From Octopus bimaculoides (taxonomy: Eukaryota): a DNA stretch of 59,452 nucleotides. Each line of letters starts with the position of its first letter. Within the stretch, counting starts at the first letter, position 1. Where the stretch lies: contig NC_069000.1 of assembly GCF_001194135.2 (NCBI RefSeq), positions 20,213,444 through 20,272,895 on the forward strand, in the 5' to 3' direction. Shown piece by piece: positions 38,391-49,849 of the stretch. The notes under the pieces were generated by a model. It worked only from the letters and a program-made list of their open reading frames with translations, ran no database searches and was not told where the DNA came from. The position numbers and the translations under genes are program-made.

Positions 38391-39084
38391 GAGAAATTAA
38401 GGCCAATAGACCAGATATAGTTGTTAAAGATCATGAAGGAAAAAAATGCTTTCTAATTGATGTATCAATGTCAGCAGATGACAACGTTTCCCTAAAAGAA
38501 ATGGAGAAACTTTCAAAATACAAAGACCTGAAAATAGAGGTAACTCGAATGTGGAATCTAAAAACAGAAACAATTCCTATCATAGTAGGTGCCTTAGGTA
38601 TAATAAAAAAATATTCAGACAAATACATAACAAAAAAAGACNNNNNNNNNNNNNNNNNNNNNNNNNNNNNNNNNNNNNNNNNNNNNNNNNNNNNNNNNNN
38701 NNNNNNNNNNNNNNNNNNNNNNNNNNNNNNNNNNNNNNNNNNNNNNNNNNNNNNNNNNNNNNNNNNNNNNNNNNNNNNNNNNNNNNNNNNNNNNNNNNNN
38801 NNNNNNNNNNNNNNNNNNNNNNNNNNNNNNNNNNNNNNNNNNNNNNNNNNNNNNNNNNNNNNNNNNNNNNNNNNNNNNNNNNNNNNNNNNNNNNNNNNNN
38901 NNNNNNNNNNNNNNNNNNNNNNNNNNNNNNNNNNNNNNNNNNNNNNNNNNNNNNNNNNNNNNNNNNNNNNNNNNNNNNNNNNNNNNNNNNNNNNNNNNNN
39001 NNNNNNNNNNNNNNNNNNNNNNNNNTGTCTCTTGAGGTCTCTGGGTGAGACTTGGATCCAATGCAAAACAAAAGTCAAACATAA

Positions 39085-39085
<1 letters not shown>
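38390..39085 (+). mobile_element. R4/Dong-like REL fragment across an N-gap, same 3' UTR as 37450-37690
   Basis: REIKANRPDIVVKDHEGKKCFLIDVSMSADDNVSLKEMEKLSKYKDLKIEVTRMWNLKTETIPIIVGALG (PD...D...K REL motif); tail tgtctcttgaggtctctgggtgagacttggatccaa. Confidence 0.85.
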
Positions 39086-39165
<80 letters not shown>

Positions 39166-39299
39166 AGTAATAATAATCTTTTTTATTGGCCCTAAATGCC
39201 TCAGAATCATTTAGGACAATTTAAGGTCAAAGTATAATATTTACATAAATACGAGGGCAAATAAGGTAACAACGATCGACAAGAGAATTGTAACTTAGC

Positions 39300-39950
39300 G
39301 CTTCGGGAAGACGTACTTAGTTACCAAAGATGCAAAGATCTCACAGTCACCTTTTTTAGGGGACCGAAATGGCTGAGGTGGGAGGGATGGTGGAATTGTT
39401 TCGAAGAGACATGAACTTCGAGATATACTCGATCCTTTTGGATCCGGACAAGAAATAGTTTGTCCTCGATGAGAACAACATCGGACTTGGTACTTTGGGT
39501 TAGTCGCTGTGTCTGCCCCTCTCTTCTGTTTTTTTTGTTAGGGCAGAAAGCTTTGCAACTCATAAGTGGCATTTAGGCACACAGCCTTCAGCATGATTCC
39601 ATTAAGCCGGTAGATTAGGTCTTGGATTTGTTTCTCTACACTTCAGCTTGGTCTTGAGGAGGATCTCTACTGTGGTCCCAAACTCACATTCTGTTTGTTT
39701 CATGTTGAAGAGCAGGTGACCATCCACCAGATGCCCAACACAGCTGAAACTCTGCCTTAACGTAACAGGTCCTTCTCCCTAAATATGTTGGGCAAAGGGT
39801 GAGTTCCTTTTCACTTGTGGTTACTACGAGGTGTTTCCGCACGAAGTCTTCACTCTTGAAGTGAACCTCCAGCCTCCCCAACTCCCTTACTCTTCCCGGA
39901 TGACCTATATCTGCCAGTACTTCTTTGACAACTCTTTCGACTTGGGTGTG
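39300..39950 (-). mobile_element. Possible decayed LINE ORF1 (gag-like) fragment
   Basis: Non-repetitive part of ORF 39684-40103 (VERVVKEVLADIGHPGRVRELGRLEVHFKSEDF...PTYLGRRT) followed by EGCVPKCHL, a possible broken zinc knuckle; inference. Confidence 0.35.
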
Positions 39951-39959
39951 TGTTGTTGC

Positions 39960-40240
39960 TTCTAAGCGTCGAGTTTTGTCGTATTGCCGTAACTGTTGCT
40001 GTTTTGTTGTTGTTGTTGTTGCTGTTGCTTTTGTTGCTGGTGTCGTTTTTACTTGTGTTGTCAAAAACCTTGTCCTTACTGTTGTCATTACCACTGCCGC
40101 CATTGTGTTTGTTGTTGTTGTTGTTGTTGTTGTTGTTGAGGATGATGACGATGATGATAATGATGATGAGGATGATGATGAGGATGATGATGAGGATGAG
40201 GATGATGATGATGATGTTCAGCAAATGTTTGTCATGAAGC
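39960..40240. repeat. (GTT)n to (GAT)n trinucleotide gradient
   Basis: Directly visible. Confidence 0.9.
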
Positions 40241-40654
40241 TGGTGGTGGTATGAGTTGCTTTTTCTGCTACACCCTAGTTTAATTTCTTACTGGGCGCTA
40301 CTCCTGCCATAATTCCAAACTAGAAAAGAAGCGAATGAGAGAAAACACATATTAGAAAAGTTGTGATCTTTAGGGTCCAGTTTGATAGTCATCCTTGTCT
40401 CCTAACAAAGTAGGGACACTCACTCAAATTTTAACAAAAATTTACAAAGGAAAATGTATTTAACAAAACTTCGGACACCGATGGGACATACGTCTAGCAA
40501 AAATAACAACACCAATAATAATAATTATTATTGTACTTTCTACTATAAGCAGAAGACCTGAAATTTTTGGAGGTGGGTGCTCGTCGATTACTTCCACTGC
40601 AGTGGTCAACTGATAGAGATTGGAATTCAAACGCGCCTACCTGCTAACTATCTA

Positions 40655-41131
40655 AGTCTTGACTAGTGAATGCTTCAAAAAAAGATGGGTGAATGTAGCA
40701 AGGATGGCACGTGTGAATGACGGAGCCACCTTGAGCATAACACTAAAAAAGAGTAAAAAAAAATCCAGACAAAAAACAAAAAGGCAAAAGAGAATCACTT
40801 ACTGTTATAGTTTCTGCAATGACAATATTGACCAAGGTTACCGTGGTCTTTTCCGTAGGCTTTTCTTTCCACGGCTAAACCTAAACTGTCCTCCCCTCTT
40901 TTTACACGAGAACATTACTGTGATACACGATCCCTATTGATCGCTTTTTTTTCTTTTTTTCTTTACTCTCGACCCCTTTTGATCGAACTCCCCTCTTTTT
41001 CCCTTCCTACGATCCCTTTTGATCGACACACCCCTTTTTTTATTTTTTATATCCTTCCCCCTCCCAAAAAGAAAAGCTCTTCATTGTATTTGTCCCATCT
41101 TTGTTGAGCCCTGTGTGGCTAATAAAAGAAA
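40655..41131 (+). mobile_element. 3' end of a LINE (probably L1/Tx1-like) with a pyrimidine-rich 3' UTR
   Basis: SECFKKRWVNVARMARVNDGATLSITL homologous to ORF 5870-6070; tail gagccctgtgtggctaataaaagaaat. Confidence 0.55.
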
Positions 41132-41236
41132 TGTATCTTATAAGATATATTTCCGTTAGCTTGTAACTTTTGGATGAAAGTAGTGGTTTCCTTTTCAAAA
41201 TATTTCATAAGAAAATCCTTCCTAAAACGTCTAGCT

Positions 41237-41795
41237 CAGAGCTTCTCAACCAAGTTTTGCCCATGAACCACTTTGCTTCTTATTTTACTCTACTTTCCCC
41301 TCCAAAGCCATTCGATGTATATTAAAAAAAAAATCCTACTGTATTTTTATAATTAAATATCATTAAGAATAATATGTAGTGAGATCGATTCCCGCATCGG
41401 GCTGTGTTTTGTGTTCTTGAGCAAGATACTTTATTTCACGTTGTTCCAGTTCACGCAGCTGTAGAAATGAGTTGCAATGTCATTGGTGCCAAGCTGTATC
41501 GGCGTTTGCCTTTCCCTTGGATAACACTGGTGGCACGAAGAGGGGAGACTGGTATGCATGGGCGACTGCTGGTCTTCCATAAACAACCTTGCCCGGACTT
41601 GTGCCTCAGAAGGTAACTTTCTTGGTACAATGCCATGGGCATTCATAACCGAAGGGGATCTCTACACTTTACCCTATTATTAGGAATTGTATAAAATAAA
41701 TAGAATATTATAAGCAATTTATTGCACACAAGTATTAACATAAAATTTTAATATGGATCCCCAAAGGTCATAAGAAGCTTGGGTGGAAACTACAG
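41237..41795. mobile_element. Decayed hAT (Charlie-like) MITE carrying a nested SINE
   Basis: Left end cagagcttctcaacc; right end (reverse complement) ctgtagtttccaccc; flanks gtctagct / gtctagga; internal similarity to 20571-20910. Confidence 0.55.
41378..41665 (+). mobile_element. SINE family D
   Basis: gatcgattcccgcatcgggc...tgtgttcttgagcaagatactttatttcacgttgttccagttcacgcagctgtagaaatgag; matches 29135-29360. Confidence 0.85.
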
Positions 41796-41879
41796 GTCTA
41801 GGAGCATAATGTCTATTCGGAGCGAGCGAACAATATTTTACAATGTGATTTTCTTTTTATAGTTTTTCCTTTGTTGACA

Positions 41880-42360
41880 TACACTTAGCAAAAATGGCGG
41901 TTATAAAAACAACAACAACAGCAACAACAACAACAACAACAAAAAACAACAAACGATATTGCCCCTTCTCCAAAAATAAAAGGAATAAGCAAAATACGTC
42001 TTACAAAGAAAAGAGTATTAAATGCACAAACACGCACACTTCAAAAAACGCCGGGGAAAACGATATTTCCATAAACAGTATTAACATTAAAACACAAAAT
42101 GTGAGCGATACGAATAGTAGTAACAACAATATGAACAAAAACAAGGACAACAACAAGCTTTTGTACACACACGCCGGGGAAAAATGTAAACAGAAATATC
42201 TTAGAAAGCGATAGTTTTGCCTTTGCTGTTTACTCGGTTAGACGTACACAAAACGTTATGTTATGTCGCTCGATTTTCCCTTACAGAAAAGTATATCCAA
42301 GAATTGTTAAAGAGAATAGCTACGTAATATTGCATTTAAAAATGGCGTTCATATGTGAGT
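41880..42360 (+). promoter_or_regulatory. Candidate promoter / 5' end of a plus-strand transcript
   Basis: AAAATGGCG at ~41891 and ~42340; duplicated acgccggggaaaa (~42048, ~42171); acceptor ttttcccttacag (AG 42284-42285) and donor gtgagt (42355). Confidence 0.3.
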
Positions 42361-42506
42361 AGGTGTAGTTCAAATACCCTTAAAGTAGCAACTGAAAGTA
42401 AGATCAATCCGACCTGTGGAGATAAATACTTGGTAAAGCCCACAACACTTGGTTTCATGTTTAAGATAGACAGCAAGAAAAAAAAAAAATTCTGTATAAA
42501 TTTTAT

Positions 42507-42940
42507 ACAGGCGCAGGAGTGGCTTTGTGGTAAGTAGCTTGCTTACCAACCACATGGTTCCGGATTCAGTCCCACTGCGTGACACCTTGGGCAAGTGTCT
42601 TCTATTATAGCCTCGGGCCGACCAAAGCCTTGTGAGTGGATTTGATAGACGGAAACTGAAAGAAGCTCGTCGTATATATATATATATATATATATATGAA
42701 TATATATATATGTGTGCGTGTGTGTGTTTGTGTGTCTGTATTTGTCCCCTTAACATCGCTTGACAACCGATGCTGGTGTGTTTAGGTCCCCGTAACTTAG
42801 CGGTTCGGCAAAAAGAGACCCATAGAATAAGTTCTAGGCTTACAAAGAATAAGTCCTGAGGTCGATTTTCTCGACTAAAGGCGGTGCTCTAGCATGGTCA
42901 CAGTCAAAGGACTGAAACAAGTAAAAGAGTAAAAGAGTAA
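42507..42940 (+). mobile_element. SINE family A, full length
   Basis: Colinear with 11128-11566, including the internal (TA)n(TG)n. Confidence 0.9.
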
Positions 42941-43683
42941 ATTGTGAAGCACTCTCTTATATTTGTACCTTAATACTTGAGCCAAAGAAACAACGGTAAA
43001 AGTGAGGGACATTGACCATGACATTGTTACCTTTGTATCTCAGTATGGTTGGATAATCAGTGCAGATATGACGAGTGGGGAAGTGTGGCCTGGAAGTTAG
43101 GACAGACCTGCAAGTCAAAATGACCCTTGAAAACCAAAGAGCCATATTGGAATGGTGAGCAATTAAGAGAGCAAAACACCAAAGGCATGAGACAGTTGAT
43201 GCAGAGTAAAGGTCGACTTGATTTAGCCGATGTACTAAGAGCCACTTGAAGGCGTTTTTACTCTAAACACAGGAGGAAGGCAAAGGGTGTGAGGACGATG
43301 AGTAATACGAAATGTATTTTCATACTTTTACTATTATGGTATCTTGTTTTAATAAAATTTATCTCTCCATTCTTGCAGTAACCATCCCACATTTTTATAC
43401 AATGTATTCTTTCCAGTTTAAGATATGATTTAAAGGGCATTTGGTTGTTATTTCTATCAGGTCAAGGGACTGTATTCTTTCTCCCTTACTGGGAGTGCGA
43501 GTGCTCAGAGTAGAGGGTTGCTGCTCTGAATAAATGGGTTTAAGATACTGTTTTTTTTTCTTATCGGCCCTGTCACTTATTTTTAGAAACATTATATATT
43601 CACTTGTGTGTGCATGCATGCATGCGCGCGCGTGTGTGTGTGTATGTGTGTGTGTGTGTGTGTGTGTGAGTGTATCTATGTGC

Positions 43684-43719
<36 letters not shown>

Positions 43720-43761
43720 GTGTGTTTGTGTGTGTTTGTGTAAATGTATATGCGCATGCGA

Positions 43762-43800
<39 letters not shown>

Positions 43801-44829
43801 TGTGTGTATGTGTGTATATGTGAGTGTGTGTGTGCGTGCGTATGTGTGTGTATGTCAATGTGTGTATGTATGTGCATGTGTATTTTACGCATAGAAGTGT
43901 ATAACCTTATATTACATTTCTGGTATTTCGTGTTATGCTCTTTGATTATTTATGTACATCACTAAAAGTATTGTCTTCGCGGGAAAAATTAAACGGTTTT
44001 CTTTTTTCCTTTTGTTTTACCTTTCGAAATAAAGAAAAGGTTATTGCGATTAGTGTTTTTTGTTGCTAATTTAGATCTTTTTTTTTTTTTTTTTTTTTTT
44101 TTTGGTTATCCTAAAATAAAATGTTTTATTGTTGTCAATGGTCTTGTTTTGCTATTGAATGAAATGTTTGAATCATCTAAAATGGTAAAAATAACTGCAA
44201 ATATCAGAAGTCAACCTTCAAGTCGAAAACGACCTCCGGCGACCCTTTACGAAAGTGAAGTTCAACGTTTTTAATGTTCTACAGCTCATCATTTCAAGTT
44301 CCAAACCTCCCTTACAGTATATCATTACACTGTAAGCAGCGTAATTGCCAGCTAACGCGGAACCCTATGTGAGGGTGTGCTCGACTTGCTGGAAATAGCA
44401 GTCAAATCTCCACCCGGTTAGCCCTTGCTACATTTAAGTAATACGGTAATTAGAGTAGAAAGTCAAGGCTGGGACGCTTTTTTTCTTAATTCTGTTGCAT
44501 TTTACTGATGAATACTAAAAAGAAAAATAGCACTCCAAGTATGAATCATATTTTGAAATAAAAATAATTATTTAGAAATAAAATCAGGAACAATAAAATT
44601 AATGTCCCTTCTTAGGAATAAGTTTTCAATCATAACGTCGCCTTAGAAATATCTTTAACCAAAATCTTCATCTCTTGAAAGAAGTTTATTGCTTAAAAGA
44701 AGCTACAGGATTCTGTTTGATAAGAATATACGACGTTTGTCGCCCGTTGCCCATTTCATGTCCATTAGGAAGAGGGTTTTAATTAATTTCATTTGATGTC
44801 TTTCTGAACATTAGCGTTGTTGGTTACAG

Positions 44830-45370
44830 GTTTCCAGCAAACTAACTCTGGTCCATTCCATTTCCAACGGAAAGAAGGAAGAGGGTTGCCTATACATATG
44901 GCTTCTAAAAACATATAATTTTGTTAAGCTTTGCAGCCTAAAGTGGCGGCATTCTCAGTGTCAAGAGAATGAATCAGATGGAAAATAATAGAGGTCGGGA
45001 GGCAGGGGACCACTAGCGCTTCCTCGTCCCCTGCCGGCCCACCCCTGCGATAGATGCCTCCAGCTCTTCTATACCGCCCTTGGCCTGAACAGCCATCTCA
45101 CATATCGGCACCATTCGCACCCATCAGGATAAAGAGGCCTAATCACTCGCTACACTTTAACTATTCGGATACGAGTTAATGCCAACGAGGATGCCTTTGG
45201 TGATTGCATTTGCAAACTGGTTCAAGAATTCTGGCAAGAGAATGCAGAAAGTTCATGTTCTGAGTGTGGATCTTGGCATCGAATGTCAAGAAGCTCTGTA
45301 TATTCATAAATGTATTACCAATTGTAAAACGTCGTTCTTCATGCAGTGTCGGTTTCATTGGTATTAGATC
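44830..45370 (+). mobile_element. Possible decayed 5' end of an RTE-type LINE with a GC-rich structured leader
   Basis: GC-rich island 44990-45140 with a 10-bp stem; the downstream ORF (LVIAFANWFKNSGKRMQKVHVLSVDLGIECQE) loosely recalls an APE N-terminus; inference. Confidence 0.25.
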
Positions 45371-45671
45371 TGCTAGGTTGTGGCGTGTACATTTTGTAGT
45401 ATACTGTTGCTGAAGCAAAAAGTTGCCTCTTCTCTATTCTATAGTAATCTTTGAAGCAGTATCAGCCCCAGCAATTGCAATGATCTAAAGAGCTTCCTTA
45501 TGGCCAACAGGGAGGTGGCTACGTTTACATAAGTACGCTATCTTAAGTATTCATTGAAATATAGTCTGTTGTACTGCATAATGCTTCACAGTTTTGAAGA
45601 TGGTGGTTCTACGCGTCAAACCTCCAAAAGAAATTGAAACATAAAAGAGAGGCGGGGTGGAGTTAAAAGTG

Positions 45672-45721
<50 letters not shown>

Positions 45722-46749
45722 GAGAGAGTGACAGTGGTTCCACATACGACTCTCTTCTGGGAGAGTCATATGTGGAACCAAATATAATTGTCCAAGGAAT
45801 GTAGTAGATGCTTTTGCGAGTTTTGGCAGTTCTGCTTCCAAGCATGGATCCTTAGATTGCGAAATTTTCGTGGATTGAGAAAAAGAATTTGAGTCATTAG
45901 AGAAACGCATCTGATGGGACTCTGAAACTGCCTACGAAGGTCTACATCTATGATGCTTGTATCAACACAGCTCTGTCTATATTGACGACACAACAGAATG
46001 CTATAAAGATTTCATCATAAATGTCTCTCATGCGTATGTTTAAGACTAGTTGGAAATCTCTAGCTAAAGCAGAAATGATGGAAAAGACAGGCTATTTCAG
46101 TATACAATCTTGCTTAATCAAGTTCCAAGCACCAAACGCATTGAGAAGTTAATCTTACTCGCATCGATGCTTACAAAGCATACTCAGCACAAAACCATAA
46201 AAGAGATATCATGATATCACGGAAAACAACCGTAAATCCTTGAATATCAGCTTTTTTATTTCGTACATCTCGTATTGAACAGAAGCTAATAACGATCTAT
46301 AACCAGGAAAGAAACCTGAAGTTTGAGAAAATTCGAAGTGAGCATTAAGTGGTGAAGCGCAATGCCCGAAAACGAAGGAATATTAAAATTGCATTACAAG
46401 AAGGACCAGAAATAATCTAAGCAGTTCATTGTTACATTATACTTCCAAAATCAGTACTTGTCATTAATGGAAAAGTCATTGGAAGAACGAGAGGTAGTTA
46501 TATACATAAATTCCAACAGCGCCAACGGAATACTGCTGTCCTTTATGCTCAGATGTGCGCCTATCTATTGTTGGGTTGAAAATCCATTGGGCGAATGCTA
46601 AGGGCGGAGTTACTATTGGTGTAGTTCTAGATCAAATTAGGTTATATATTTAAAACAAAATTAGGGTTATGTAGTCATTTAAAGACACATTGGCAACAAA
46701 CTTGTTCCAAGCATATGTCTTGCAATGGGAAAGTAGTTATGCTTGAAAT

Positions 46750-46910
46750 CAAAATGACGACGCCATATGTATGCCTGTATGTATATGCATACATATATGC
46801 ATGCATTTATGTATGTATGTATGTATGTATGTATGTATGTATGTTCGTATATATATATATGTATGGATGTATATATGTATGGATGTATGTATGCATCTAT
46901 GTATGTGTGG

Positions 46911-46970
<60 letters not shown>

Positions 46971-47075
46971 ATATATATACAAATGTATGTATATATGTAC
47001 ATATATATACACACATGTACTTGAATGTATGTGAATGTGTGTGTGCGTGTGCGTATGTGCATGTGTATGTGTATA
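46750..47075. repeat. (TATG)n/(TA)n/(TG)n microsatellite
   Basis: Directly visible. Confidence 0.9.
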
Positions 47076-47574
47076 TCGAAATAGAGTATATGGTATATAT
47101 ATTCACCAAGACGTTCTCCCATTGCACTTCAGCTGTTGGGACATTTATTTACCAATCTGTTCCATTCTTCTCGATCTTTACTTTTCTTTGAGAGGCCGTT
47201 ATTAACCAGAGCACTGACCAGTCCGGTATAGAATTGAATTTTGGTATAACTTTCATTCAGGCAGTTCAATGGTTGTTCGTAATCCTAGTGAGTCATAATT
47301 TTTTCTTTAAGATATGGTGGCCATTGTCTCTTAAGTTCAATGACCAGTGACAATTTTTTTTTTTTTACTAGAAGTCTCCTTATTGTTCCAGGATGGAATG
47401 ATGTAGTATTATTATTGTAATCACCGACTCCTCCTAGTATCACTTTGATAGAATAAAGACAAGAAAGAGGGGAAGAGGAGAGGAATATGGAGGAGGAGGA
47501 GGAGGAAGAGGAGGACGTGAGGATACGACAACGAAAAGACGACGACTACAACTGCGATGATAAAAGCAGGAGAA

Positions 47575-47800
47575 CGAAGAAGAAGAAGAAGAAGAAGAAG
47601 AAGAAGAAGAAGAAGAAGAAGAAGAAGAAGACAAAGAAGAAGAAGAAAACAAAGAAGACAAAGAAGAAGACAAAGAAAACAAAGAAGAAGAAGAAGAAGA
47701 AGAAGACGAAGAAGAAGAAGAAGAAGAAGAAGAAGAAGAAGACGAAGAAGAAGAAGAAGAAGAAGAAGAAGAAGAAGAAGAAGAAGAAGAAGAAGAAGAA

Positions 47801-47832
<32 letters not shown>
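47575..47832. repeat. (GAA)n polypurine tract with GAC/AAA interruptions, ending in (GAT)n
   Basis: Directly visible. Confidence 0.95.
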
Positions 47833-47833
<1 letters not shown>

Positions 47834-49811
47834 AAGAAAGTGGAGAACGAGGAGAAAGCGAGACACAATCTTAATACATGCTGCAATACACAGTGCTTCA
47901 CTATGGTCGTTTACACACTGATGTGGTTTACCCAAAGAGTTTGGTTTCGTGCAATATGAAAGACGTGGGGATCCTTACAACTAAGAATTATTAAATATGC
48001 ACCGTTATGTTCACCGAGGGCTCTTTTGGGGATTCACTAACCCCCTATTTCTACTAATGGCATCTGCTAATTCTCTTCTATGATCTTTCTTTATGGCATT
48101 ATATTTGGGCCGCGTCGGGTAGAAAGCAGTTATTCATTTTATTTATGTATTAATGTCAGAATACGGAATAGAGGTTGCAAGTGTGAGGTGTCAAATGTCT
48201 AAAGCAAACAAGGGGGAAAAAAAATAATAATAAACATTCACACAGGTGCGCGCGCGCAAAATCACACACACTCTCACACACATGCACACACACGCACAAC
48301 ATGTGTTTAGCCGAGTGTACTGACGAAACGAAACCAGTTTCTTTGATGTCTTTTTAGAAGACAGCATACAGAGATATTTTGGCTTATCTCAAGCACAATT
48401 TGGTTTGGAATCCATTCTCTTTCATGTTTGTATATATATANNNNNNNNNNNNNNNNNNNNNNNNNNNNNNNNNNNNNNNNNNNNNNNNNNNNNNNNNNNN
48501 NNNNNNNNNNNNNNNNNNNNNNNNNNNNNNNNNNNNNNNNNNNNNNNNNNNNNNNNNNNNNNNNNNNNNNNNNNNNNNNNNNNNNNNNNNNNNNNNNNNN
48601 NNNNNNNNNNNNNNNNNNNNNNNNNNNNNNNNNNNNNNNNNNNNNNNNNNNNNNNNNNNNNNNNNNNNNNNNNNNNNNNNNNNNNNNNNNNNNNNNNNNN
48701 NNNNNNNNNNNNNNNNNNNNNNNNNNNNNNNNNNNNNNNNNNNNNNNNNNNNNNNNNNNNNNNNNNNNNNNNNNNNNNNNNNNNNNNNNNNNNNNNNNNN
48801 NNNNNNNNNNNNNNNNNNNNNNNNNNNNNNNNNNNNNNNNNNNNNNNNNNNNNNNNNNNNNNNNNNNNNNNNNNNNNNNNNNNNNNNNNNNNNNNNNNNN
48901 NNNNNNNNNNNNNNNNNNNNNNNNNNNNNNNNNNNNNNNNNNNNNNNNNNNNNNNNNNNNNNNNNNNNNNNNNNNNNNNNNNNNNNNNNNNNNNNNNNNN
49001 NNNNNNNNNNNNNNNNNNNNNNNNNNNNNNNNNNNNNNNNNNNNNNNNNNNNNNNNNNNNNNNNNNNNNNNNNNNNNNNNNNNNNNNNNNNNNNNNNNNN
49101 NNNNNNNNNNNNNNNNNNNNNNNNNNNNNNNNNNNNNNNNNNNNNNNNNNNNNNNNNNNNNNNNNNNNNNNNNNNNNNNNNNNATATATATATATATATA
49201 CATATATGTATATATAATTCTATCACCATATTTGTATAAATATATGTAGAGATGTGTACAAACACACTCATACACATACATCTATAATCTATACACATTC
49301 ACAAACGCTTATATAATGTCCATATGTGTTTATAAACACACCCAAATACCTATGTTCCTAGGAAAGACACTTTTCCATAGACACCCTTTGGAGACTGGAG
49401 GATACGAATAACTGAGCTTAGCTTCAATAATGTTTATTTTTAATATTTTTGAAGTTTGTAAATATTAGAAATTAAAATATATGTTTTATAAATAATGTTC
49501 CCCTGTTGGCTGTTGACAGTGTTGTTTGTGGTGTTGTTTGTAATGCTGCAAGATCGATTGGTACTCTTGTTATTACTATCACTAATGTTGGTGAATATAG
49601 TAGTCGTTGTTGCTGAGGTTATTGAAAAAAATGTTACCATAAACTTTACGACTTAGTATAAGCGCCATGAAATTCTCCCCGAGTAATGGGTTCGTATTTC
49701 TCTTTCCTCCCTTCTCCTCTTTTCCTGCATATCTCCTCTTGTCATTCACAGCGTAATTTGTTTCTTTCTTTTCAGAAACTTTTGAAAACAATATAGAAGT
49801 ATTCTATCAGC

Positions 49812-49849
<38 letters not shown>

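Noticed and set aside
41894-42214. 106-aa ORF MAVIKTTTT...
   Set aside because: Low-complexity A-rich sequence; the ATG coincides with a YY1 motif; no recognisable domain.
45551-45910. Minus ORF with AKASTTFLGQL, recalling the RTE RT motif AKASxAFGRL
   Set aside because: A single short match with no flanking RT motifs; the ORF is extended by a (CT)n tract.
46205-46218. 14-bp palindrome gatatcatgatatc
   Set aside because: Isolated and AT-rich; expected occasionally by chance in about 52 kb of sequence.
47487-47935. Poly-K / poly-R / poly-S / poly-F ORFs
   Set aside because: All are frames of one (GAA)n tract.
48320-48345. Hammerhead-like CTGACGA..GAAA
   Set aside because: Only 3 nt between the motifs, no R-Y closing pair for stem II, and no convincing stems I/III.
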